IMG/VR virus record: IMGVR_UViG_3300006217_000241
DNA from: a virus
Length of the DNA stretch: 36,057 nt
Reading direction: 5' to 3' (one strand)
Notes under the pieces: model-generated
Told to the model about the DNA's origin: nothing
The model's input: only the letters and a program-made list of their open reading frames with translations
Database searches by the model: none
Part shown: positions 1 through 6,511 of the stretch, piece by piece
Position numbering within the stretch: the first letter of the stretch is position 1
How the letters are laid out: every line of letters begins with the position of its first letter
Made by a program: the position numbers and the translations under genes

Positions 1-77
1 ATAAATGTAAATGTTCATGATAACAGCAATACCCAAAACTAATAAAGCTTTGGGTATAGCGTTAATTTAAAGTCATC
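1..77. repeat. Terminal 77-bp exact direct repeat, copy 1 (circular-assembly overlap)
   Basis: Bases 1-77 (ATAAATGTAAATGTTCATGATAACAGC...AGTCATC) are identical to 35981-36057. The repeat includes the last 13 codons of the integrase gene, so it is not an att duplication. Confidence 0.9.
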
Positions 78-1589
78 TTTTGTTTTAGGATTCACTTTTT
101 TGTATTCGACTTTTTGCAGAATACTTTTTAATAATTTATTTTTTAAATCAATATCGTCAGTACTATAATAAGTATCAATTACTTTTTTTATTTTTGGTAC
201 AAATTTTGTTCTATTATTAAGACTATTGTTAATTTCAGAGTAGTTCTTTTGCAATATTTCTAAACTTTCTTTTGCTTCGTTGATTTTTTCATTTAACAAG
301 TTTAATCGGTTATTAAATATTTCTTTCGAGTATACTCCTTGTTCAAGTAAGTCATATATATTATTAAGCTGAACTTGATATTTTTCTAAATCTACATTAA
401 TCTTATTTTGATTTTCAAGATTAATTTTTAACATCAATTCAATATCCGTGTTATCATTATTAACAAGTTTTATTTCATAATCGTTAAGAAGTATTTTTAG
501 AGATTGTATTAGTTTGTCTTCTACATATGATATATTGCTTCCAACATTTTCTCTACAACGTCTACAGCAAATCCTGATGTCATCTCTATTAGAATAAGTA
601 ATTCTTTTCATTGTTCCACCACAAATGCCACATTTTAGAATATTAGACATAGGGTTCTTCAAAGAATAATCTATTTTAATTCTATTTGTACGATTATTAT
701 TTTTTATATTTTCTACTTTGTTCCAAGTATTTATATCAATAATTGGAGTATGTAAACCATCAACATAGATTATGTTAGGATTATTATTTTTTACACGAAT
801 AATTTTGCCATTTACATTTTTCTTTTTAGTTGCATTTTCGGCATATCTAATTTTGCCTATATATACAGGATTAGCTAATATATGAGAAATGGTAGATTTG
901 CCCCAGAAAGAAGACCTTTTAGGCTTTATATTCATTTTATTTAGTTCTTTTGCTATACTTTCAGGACCATTTCCATTTATGTAAGAGTTAAAAATAAATT
1001 TTATTATTTTTTCTTCTTCTGGGTTTATTTTTAAAGAATAACCTTTTTGTTGTAATTTGTATTTATCATATCCATAAGGTGCTGCAGAACCTACATGTTT
1101 GCCTTCTGATACACTATCTATTATTCCACTGTGTAGACGCCTATTAATGGTTTTGTATTCCCTTCTAGACATAAAAAGTCCAAACTCGAAATATTCTTCG
1201 TCAAATTCATTGTTTGGGTCATACGTTTTGCTAGGAGTTATAATTTTGGTTCCTGAATATTGAAAAGTATTTGAAACAATACCCTGGTCTAAAGTGTTAC
1301 CTCTTGCCAAACGTTCTACTTCAATTACTAAGACACCTGTCCACATACCATTTTCAACATCTGCAAGTAAATCTTGTACAACGGGTCTTGAAGAAATCGT
1401 TTCTCCAGAAACAATTTCTCTGTAAAATTTACTTATTTTTATTCCGATAGATTCAGCAAATTTTTGAAGTCTTGCTTCATGTCTTGCCAAAGTTTCACCC
1501 TCACCACGAACTTCAGCATCTAAGTCTTTACGACTCTTTCTAAGGTATGCACAATAAAATCCCATATTATTATTTATTTGTGTTTGCAT
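39..1589 (-). CDS. Large serine recombinase (phage integrase, SprA/SPbeta-like)
   Basis: The N-terminus has the motif YLRKSRKD...TLARHEARL typical of the resolvase-type catalytic domain in SprA-like integrases. This is followed by a recombinase domain (APYGYDK), a Cys-rich zinc ribbon (CGICGG...CCRRC) and a long C-terminal coiled coil. SD GGAGG lies upstream of the ATG at 1589. Confidence 0.92.
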   Translation of the reverse strand: MQTQINNNMGFYCAYLRKSRKDLDAEVRGEGETLARHEARLQKFAESIGIKISKFYREIVSGETISSRPVVQDLLADVENGMWTGVLVIEVERLARGNTLDQGIVSNTFQYSGTKIITPSKTYDPNNEFDEEYFEFGLFMSRREYKTINRRLHSGIIDSVSEGKHVGSAAPYGYDKYKLQQKGYSLKINPEEEKIIKFIFNSYINGNGPESIAKELNKMNIKPKRSSFWGKSTISHILANPVYIGKIRYAENATKKKNVNGKIIRVKNNNPNIIYVDGLHTPIIDINTWNKVENIKNNNRTNRIKIDYSLKNPMSNILKCGICGGTMKRITYSNRDDIRICCRRCRENVGSNISYVEDKLIQSLKILLNDYEIKLVNNDNTDIELMLKINLENQNKINVDLEKYQVQLNNIYDLLEQGVYSKEIFNNRLNLLNEKINEAKESLEILQKNYSEINNSLNNRTKFVPKIKKVIDTYYSTDDIDLKNKLLKSILQKVEYKKVNPKTKDDFKLTLYPKLY

Positions 1590-1628
1590 AATAAAATACC
1601 TCCATTTTAATAATTTATTTGATATAAA

Positions 1629-1683
1629 CTATTGAAATCGAAGGCTCTATCATATATAATAATAAAGTAATCGCTTTCAATAG
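1629..1683. repeat. 13-bp inverted repeat (1 mismatch) in the KilA-N/integrase intergenic region
   Basis: CTATTGAAATCGA (1629-1641) pairs with TCGCTTTCAATAG (1671-1683) across a 29-nt spacer. It could be an operator or a weak terminator upstream of int. Confidence 0.45.
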
Positions 1684-1754
1684 CGTTTATGTTTTGGGAA
1701 AAATAAATGTATCGGTTGTGGTAAATTTGATAGCATCTATTTTTCCTTATTTTT

Positions 1755-2666
1755 TTATTTCAAAAGTTTAGATTTTTTCTTAGGAGAGTTTATAGTTTTT
1801 TTATTAAATGTTTCAAGTTTTTGTATATTTTGATTATTTTCAAATGTTGTTAGCTGGTAAATTGCTTCTGTGTTCAAACGTAAAAGCCTTTCAGCTTGAC
1901 TTAATCCTTCTTTTATAAATGTTGCGTTTAAGTTTTCAATATTTGCTAATACTATTAGTTGAGATATAGTAGCATTATCTCTAATATTTCCTTTTGCATT
2001 AGGATTGGATTTTTTCCATTCTTTAGCAGTCATTCCAAATAATGCTACATTTAACATATCTGCTTCATTTGCATAAGTTATAGATTGATGCTTTAGCGAT
2101 ACATTTTCAGGAATAAGGTTTTTCTTTATAGCATCAGTATGTATTTTGTAATTAGTTTTAGCGATTAATCTTTTTATATTCCAGTCCGAAGATAATTTGT
2201 TGCTTTCATCATTTTTTAATCTTTGATAATCTGTAATTACATATAACTTAAACTCTGGACTAATCCAACTAGCAAATTCAAAAGCGATATCTTTGTGAGC
2301 AAAAGTTCCTCCACCTCTACCAGACCTAGATACTATTCCAATTGCATTAGTAGAGGATATCCATTTTTGAGGTGACAATGTAAAGGCATTTCTTCCAGAC
2401 TCATTTTTAAACCTATCAAATTCGATAGGTTTAAAGTTAGAATTATGCAAACTTTCCCATAAACCTAAAAATTCTATTGTTGCTCTTGTTCTCATCCAAT
2501 TATTTATTACAATGAAGGCATCATCTGGATTTTCATGTTTAGCAATATCTGTTAATGAAATATAGTCGTTTTCATTATCACTAGAAATGATGCCGATTTC
2601 TATGCCATCTGCTTGTATAGTTTCTCTATACAATTCTTTATTTTCTTCTAATTCATTTTCTTCCAT
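1755..2666 (-). CDS. KilA-N domain DNA-binding protein (303 aa)
   Basis: The central region GGGTFAHKDIAFEFASWISPEFKLYV matches the KilA-N core. The C-terminal half (YANEADMLNVALFGMTAKEWKKSNP...GNIRDNAT) is the module that commonly accompanies KilA-N. SD AAAGGGG lies upstream of the ATG. Confidence 0.8.
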   Translation of the reverse strand: MEENELEENKELYRETIQADGIEIGIISSDNENDYISLTDIAKHENPDDAFIVINNWMRTRATIEFLGLWESLHNSNFKPIEFDRFKNESGRNAFTLSPQKWISSTNAIGIVSRSGRGGGTFAHKDIAFEFASWISPEFKLYVITDYQRLKNDESNKLSSDWNIKRLIAKTNYKIHTDAIKKNLIPENVSLKHQSITYANEADMLNVALFGMTAKEWKKSNPNAKGNIRDNATISQLIVLANIENLNATFIKEGLSQAERLLRLNTEAIYQLTTFENNQNIQKLETFNKKTINSPKKKSKLLK

Positions 2667-2699
2667 ATATGCCCCTTTTATTCAAATCATTTTCTTTCT

Positions 2700-2728
2700 A
2701 TATTAATTCAAAACAAAAGTTTTGTCAA
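2700..2728 (-). promoter_or_regulatory. Sigma-A type promoter for the KilA-N gene
   Basis: The minus strand reads TTGACA (2728-2723), a 17-nt spacer, then TAATAT (2705-2700). The spacer contains the small palindrome CAAAAC-AAAA-GTTTTG. Confidence 0.6.
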
Positions 2729-2730
2729 TA

Positions 2731-3144
2731 TCAAAAATTAATAATATTATTTTCTTTATAGTAAGAGTAAGCAGTATTTATTAAATCTTCACTTACGTCT
2801 AGTTCTTCTGCAAATTCATATGAATATTTGCAACCATCTTCTTTAAGTTTCAAAAGAGAAGAGGCAGGAGCTAAAGTATTAAAAGCCCATTTTTTTGCTC
2901 TATATTCTTTTTTATCTATTATTTCATAATCAGAATTAACATTGTACAAAGCATTACAGTAGTAATGTCCTAATTCTTCTGCAAAAATTTCTTTCTCTTC
3001 ACGACAATTGCCTATTTTAGAAAAATTAAGCCCAATATAATAATTATTATCTAATTTACATGTAATCGCTTTATTTTTTATTTTTGCATTAAATAAAGAT
3101 ATGTTTTCTCTATCTGCAATTAAATATAATTTATCTAAATCCAT
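2731..3144 (-). CDS. ImmA/IrrE-family (DUF955-like) metallopeptidase, variant motif
   Basis: It is 137 aa with FAEELGHYYC where the family normally has HExxH; the first His is replaced by Glu. Its size and its position near the XRE repressor fit an ImmA-type anti-repressor protease. Confidence 0.55.
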   Translation of the reverse strand: MDLDKLYLIADRENISLFNAKIKNKAITCKLDNNYYIGLNFSKIGNCREEKEIFAEELGHYYCNALYNVNSDYEIIDKKEYRAKKWAFNTLAPASSLLKLKEDGCKYSYEFAEELDVSEDLINTAYSYYKENNIINF

Positions 3145-3220
3145 AAATTTATCTCCAATTATTTCTATTATACTTTTAGAATATTTTATACTTTTTATTC
3201 ATAAAATATTAAAGTCAAAT

Positions 3221-3249
3221 TTGACAAGTTAAATACTTCATGTTATAAT
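3221..3249 (+). promoter_or_regulatory. Orphan perfect-consensus sigma-A promoter with an overlapping palindromic operator
   Basis: TTGACA (3221-3226), a 17-nt spacer, then TATAAT (3244-3249) on the plus strand. The 12-bp perfect palindrome GTCAAATTTGAC (3214-3225) overlaps the -35. No plus-strand ORF with an SD follows. Confidence 0.6.
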
Positions 3250-3255
3250 ATGTTT

Positions 3256-3336
3256 AACTTAGCAGGGGGCAGTGGATTCCCCAACAAAATTTGGAGTCCC
3301 AACATTAAATTGTTATGCCCTTTGCCCATTTTTTTT
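3256..3336 (+). ncRNA. Candidate small RNA, partly antisense to the 3-prime end of the DUF3800 gene
   Basis: About 80 nt lie between the predicted TSS and a T8 run (3329-3336). The segment is locally GC-rich (GGGGGCAGTGGATTCCCC) and contains two CCCAACA motifs. The end point and folding are uncertain. Confidence 0.3.
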
Positions 3337-4089
3337 GTAAAAAAAATCTTTAGGGAAAAAACTATTTAAAAATTCAGTAGTATGAAGATTGGTTTTTGTA
3401 ATTAGTTTGTTATAGTTGTTGATACAGTGATTAGTTTTAAGCTCACTGTATTTTTTATATTCTTTTTTTATATTCAAATATTGACATACATAAAAAGTAA
3501 AAACATCTACAATTTGTAAAAAATTTGTATCTTTTGATTCTAAAAACAAAGCTTGTTCAATAATTGAATGGTTATTAAAAGAAAGTGAAGGGTAAAGAAT
3601 TTTCAATTGTTGAGGTATGTTAATTAACTCATCTAAAAAAATTATTCCATGAGTTTTTTTCTTTTCTAATTCAATCGATAAAAATTGGTATAACATACAA
3701 AATGAATAAATATATGGGTCAATTTTTATGTGATTTCCTAATTCTTTTTGCATATTTTTTTTGAAACTCTTTTTATCTAATGCAATGAAGCTAAATTCAA
3801 TATCTAGTTCAAGAATTAAATCTACAATATTATCTAGAATTTTTAAATTATTTTGCCAGTCCTTTATATGAAATATAGATTTGTGAGGTGGATTGAAAAT
3901 TTCATTAGTATGAATTTCTATATCTTTAAAATAATGGCAAATTTCAAATTTTCTTTTGTTAAAATATCCATTTATTTGATGCCATTTATTATGATCAATT
4001 AAAAATGAACCCAAAACAAATATAGGCTGTTCTTTATTATCTAAATCGGTTCCAGTACTTCCACTTTCATCTGCATACATTAAATACAT
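3313..4089 (-). CDS. DUF3800-family protein (258 aa)
   Basis: The N-terminal YADESGS and the later LQIVDVFTF resemble the two conserved DUF3800 motifs. SD AAGGAG lies 6 nt upstream. The start is 1 nt from the stop of the preceding gene. Confidence 0.6.
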   Translation of the reverse strand: MYLMYADESGSTGTDLDNKEQPIFVLGSFLIDHNKWHQINGYFNKRKFEICHYFKDIEIHTNEIFNPPHKSIFHIKDWQNNLKILDNIVDLILELDIEFSFIALDKKSFKKNMQKELGNHIKIDPYIYSFCMLYQFLSIELEKKKTHGIIFLDELINIPQQLKILYPSLSFNNHSIIEQALFLESKDTNFLQIVDVFTFYVCQYLNIKKEYKKYSELKTNHCINNYNKLITKTNLHTTEFLNSFFPKDFFYKKNGQRA

Positions 4090-4090
4090 T

Positions 4091-4303
4091 TTAATTCTCC
4101 TTATTTTTAATTTGTTTATCTAAATCATAAAAGAACATTCCAAAAGCATATATTACAAGTAAATATGTTAAAATACTATTTGTACTTCCTGTAATATGAA
4201 AATATTCTAAAATATCAGAAAGATTTAAGATACCACCTATAATTATTGTAAAAAATATTAGGCAATATAATATTTTTAATAACGATTTCATTATTTTTAA
4301 CAT
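4091..4303 (-). CDS. Small membrane protein (70 aa, two hydrophobic helices)
   Basis: The hydrophobic segments are LLKILYCLIFFTIIIGGIL and ILTYLLVIYAFGMFFY. SD AAGGAG lies upstream. It is tightly packed within the repressor operon. Confidence 0.6.
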   Translation of the reverse strand: MLKIMKSLLKILYCLIFFTIIIGGILNLSDILEYFHITGSTNSILTYLLVIYAFGMFFYDLDKQIKNKEN

Positions 4304-4323
4304 TTAATTCTCCTTTTTATACT

Positions 4324-4632
4324 TTATTTAGAATAATCTTTTTTGTTAATAACTTCAGGATTACATTTATAATCTGTAAAACCCAAACTATGATAAAAAT
4401 CTTCTATCATTGCTACATCTGGTTCTCTTGTATCAGAGTATTTTTCTATGTAGTATGTCTTTAAAATATATTTTTTGTATTCTAAATGGCAATAATATGT
4501 AAAAATATAAAAAATATATAATCCGAAACCTAAATAGTTATTGTATTCATTAAAAATAAAGCCTATAAATAATAAAGAAAAAGCAATTGTAAAAAAATAA
4601 AATAGAATATTCATATACTTATTTAATTTCAT
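4324..4632 (-). CDS. Small membrane protein (102 aa)
   Basis: It has two N-terminal hydrophobic helices followed by a roughly 40-aa soluble tail. Its start is 4 nt downstream of the repressor stop. Confidence 0.6.
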   Translation of the reverse strand: MKLNKYMNILFYFFTIAFSLLFIGFIFNEYNNYLGFGLYIFYIFTYYCHLEYKKYILKTYYIEKYSDTREPDVAMIEDFYHSLGFTDYKCNPEVINKKDYSK

Positions 4633-4636
4633 ATTG

Positions 4637-4966
4637 CTATTTTTCCTCCTTATCTTTTCTAGATTTTAATATTCTATAAATTTCTAAAGCTTCTTTAATA
4701 TCTTCATCAGTTAATCCTTTTGTATCTATATCTTTGTGAAAAGCAAATTGAAAATTAGCTTCTTCAGCATTTCTTATTTCTGTTTTTCCTAATAAGTAAT
4801 CTGTTGTTACACCAAAGTATTCTGCTAACTTTATAATAGTATCAGGAGACATATCGCGCTTTTCATTTTCATAATTCGAAATTGTTTGGATAGTGACATT
4901 CAAATAATGTGCAATTTTTCCTAAACTTTCTCCTTTTTCAGTTCTTAAAAGTTTTAATCTATTCAT
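4637..4966 (-). CDS. XRE-family HTH repressor (CI-like)
   Basis: The N-terminal HTH is LGKIAHYLNVTIQTISNYENEKRDMS. It is transcribed divergently from a Cro-like gene. It has no S24 peptidase domain. Confidence 0.85.
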   Translation of the reverse strand: MNRLKLLRTEKGESLGKIAHYLNVTIQTISNYENEKRDMSPDTIIKLAEYFGVTTDYLLGKTEIRNAEEANFQFAFHKDIDTKGLTDEDIKEALEIYRILKSRKDKEEK

Positions 4967-5018
4967 TTTTTTCTTCCTTTATATAAATTATAATACAAAT
5001 TGTTTAATTTGTAAACAT

Positions 5019-5047
5019 ATTGTAAAGTTTTTTCGCTAGAGTGTCAA
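5019..5047 (-). promoter_or_regulatory. Repressor (lysogenic) promoter
   Basis: The minus strand reads TTGACA (5047-5042), a 17-nt spacer, then TACAAT (5024-5019). Confidence 0.65.
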
Positions 5048-5086
5048 TAGATATAAACAAAAAGTTTAAAAAAATCAAAAAAAGTA

Positions 5087-5115
5087 TTGACTTTTTACAA
5101 AATGTTTAATATAAT
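5087..5115 (+). promoter_or_regulatory. Early rightward (lytic) promoter
   Basis: TTGACT (5087-5092), a 17-nt spacer, then TATAAT (5110-5115). It lies about 30 nt upstream of the Cro-like start. Confidence 0.7.
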
Positions 5116-5145
5116 GAGTTCAACAATTTGTTGAGGAGGTGCAAA

Positions 5146-5376
5146 ATGAAAAGAGAAAATTTACAAGACTTGAGAAATAACATAGGATTAACACAGAAAC
5201 AAGCAGCTAACGAACTATCTATAACTAAAGAGTATTTGTCAATGATTGAAAATGCAGTAAGAAATCCTAGTGATACATTAAAAGAAAAGATGTCAAAATT
5301 ATATAATAGAAGTATAGCAGATATTTTTTTAGCTATAAACTCAACAAAATGTTTAAAAAATAAAAATGCAGTCTAA
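5146..5376 (+). CDS. Cro-like XRE-family HTH regulator (76 aa)
   Basis: The HTH is IGLTQKQAANELSITKEYLSMIENAVRNPS. SD GAGGAGG (5133-5139) sits 6 nt before the ATG at 5146. The TTG at 5128 in the ORF track lies inside and upstream of that SD, so it is less likely to be the start. Confidence 0.8.
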   Translation: MKRENLQDLRNNIGLTQKQAANELSITKEYLSMIENAVRNPSDTLKEKMSKLYNRSIADIFLAINSTKCLKNKNAV

Positions 5377-5404
5377 CACACAAATAAAATAAAGGAGGGG
5401 GAGT

Positions 5405-5560
5405 ATGGAAGTATTTATAAAAAATAATTTTGGCTATTTTTTAGGAATTATTTTTACACCTGTTACTTATTACATCATCAAAACTATCAAGAGCACACTC
5501 AAAGGCAAAATCAAAAAGAATAATTCCCAAAAACATCATAAGGAAGGAAACACATTTTAG
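5405..5560 (+). CDS. Possible 51-aa hydrophobic/basic peptide
   Basis: A strong SD AAGGAGGGGGAG (5392-5403) sits directly upstream of the ATG at 5405. It has one hydrophobic helix (FGYFLGIIFTPVTYYII) and a Lys-rich tail. It overlaps the minus-strand membrane ORF in antisense. Confidence 0.35.
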   Translation: MEVFIKNNFGYFLGIIFTPVTYYIIKTIKSTLKGKIKKNNSQKHHKEGNTF

Positions 5561-5797
5561 AAATTGATTATTAGTTAGAAAGAAGAGTGGTATGCCAGTG
5601 ATAGTAAAAGATAAAGAAATATAAAACTGTTTCTTTAGTAATTTTTTAGGGTACTTCGGAAAACTACTTGAAGTAGTAGTTTCAGATGAAGAAGATTTTA
5701 TCCATTTAAGAAAAGACTTAACTAATTTGCTTAATAAATAGCAAACAACATTTCCGAATATAGCCTGGAATAGCCAATTATTTAATAAGTCATTCAT
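5441..5797 (-). CDS. Membrane protein (118 aa from Met21 of the track ORF), transcribed against the early operon
   Basis: SD AAAGGTGG lies 8 nt upstream of the ATG at 5797. An extended -10 TGTTATAAT sits on the minus strand at 5828-5820. Three hydrophobic segments are present. Confidence 0.55.
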   Translation of the reverse strand: MNDLLNNWLFQAIFGNVVCYLLSKLVKSFLKWIKSSSSETTTSSSFPKYPKKLLKKQFYISLSFTITGIPLFFLTNNQFLKCVSFLMMFLGIILFDFAFECALDSFDDVISNRCKNNS

Positions 5798-5938
5798 ATA
5801 AATACCACCTTTCGACAAAATTATAACATGGGCAGAACAAATAAGTAAATAGAACAAGCAAAAACCACAACCGATACACTAAATAATTAGAAAGGGGGAT
5901 TAGCTTGATGAATACAAATGTAATGAGGTGTAAATTCG

Positions 5939-6112
5939 ATGATAGTTAGAGAGTTTTTAATAGATAATACACAAATTGCAATTGACAATACTTACTATCC
6001 ACAAACGGAAGAGGAGAAGCAACTTGTTTATGATGAATTTAATAGAATAGGATGCGAAATTATTTTTAAAGGAGCGAAAACAAATGAAAAAACAACTAAA
6101 ATACAGAATTAG
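5939..6112 (+). CDS. Hypothetical small protein (57 aa)
   Basis: ATG with GAGGTG 9 nt upstream. It is too short for the 60-aa ORF track. No similarity recognised. Confidence 0.3.
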   Translation: MIVREFLIDNTQIAIDNTYYPQTEEEKQLVYDEFNRIGCEIIFKGAKTNEKTTKIQN

Positions 6113-6185
6113 AAGATTAATATTTTTATACATACCGTTTATAGTAGCGTGGGATTTTATGTTTATATTAGCATTTATAAAATAA
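6084..6185 (+). CDS. Hypothetical 33-aa hydrophobic peptide
   Basis: SD AAAGGAG lies upstream of the ATG. The sequence is MKKQLKYRIRRLIFLYIPFIVAWDFMFILAFIK. Confidence 0.3.
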   Translation: MKKQLKYRIRRLIFLYIPFIVAWDFMFILAFIK

Positions 6186-6228
6186 GTGCTTTGATATAAA
6201 AAAATTATAAGAAGGGAGAGTTAAAAAT

Positions 6229-6417
6229 ATGAGCGAACAAGATAGAAGAAATGCAAATGATTATCATTACAGTAATTACGAAAGAATTTATAATGCAATA
6301 GATTTAGCAGAAGCAAAAGCAATAGCATTAGAAGAAATGCGAATTATAAGTGATGATAATGAAATAGAAGAAGACAAAATAAAAGAGTTAGCTAAGAACG
6401 TTGAAAATCATAACTAA
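6229..6417 (+). CDS. Hypothetical acidic protein (62 aa)
   Basis: The ORF is preceded by the SD-like AGGGAGAG. It is rich in Asp and Glu. Confidence 0.55.
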   Translation: MSEQDRRNANDYHYSNYERIYNAIDLAEAKAIALEEMRIISDDNEIEEDKIKELAKNVENHN

Positions 6418-6511
6418 CTCAATAAATAAACATTAATAAATTAACTATCTTTATATTATCATAAATATAAAGATAATGCAAGAAAAAAATAAAAAATAGG
6501 AGAAATTAAAG

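Noticed and set aside
3268-3290. GGGGGCAGTGGATTCCCC as a tRNA T-arm or tRNA gene fragment
   Set aside because: There is no T-loop consensus, no acceptor or anticodon arms, and no CCA context. The serine integrase does not need a tRNA-derived att site.
5908-5949. 13-codon ORF (MNTNVMRCKFDDS) overlapping the start of the 57-aa ORF, as a possible fourth frameshift site
   Set aside because: There is no CGG or slippery motif, no protein continuity to support joining, and both ORFs are tiny.
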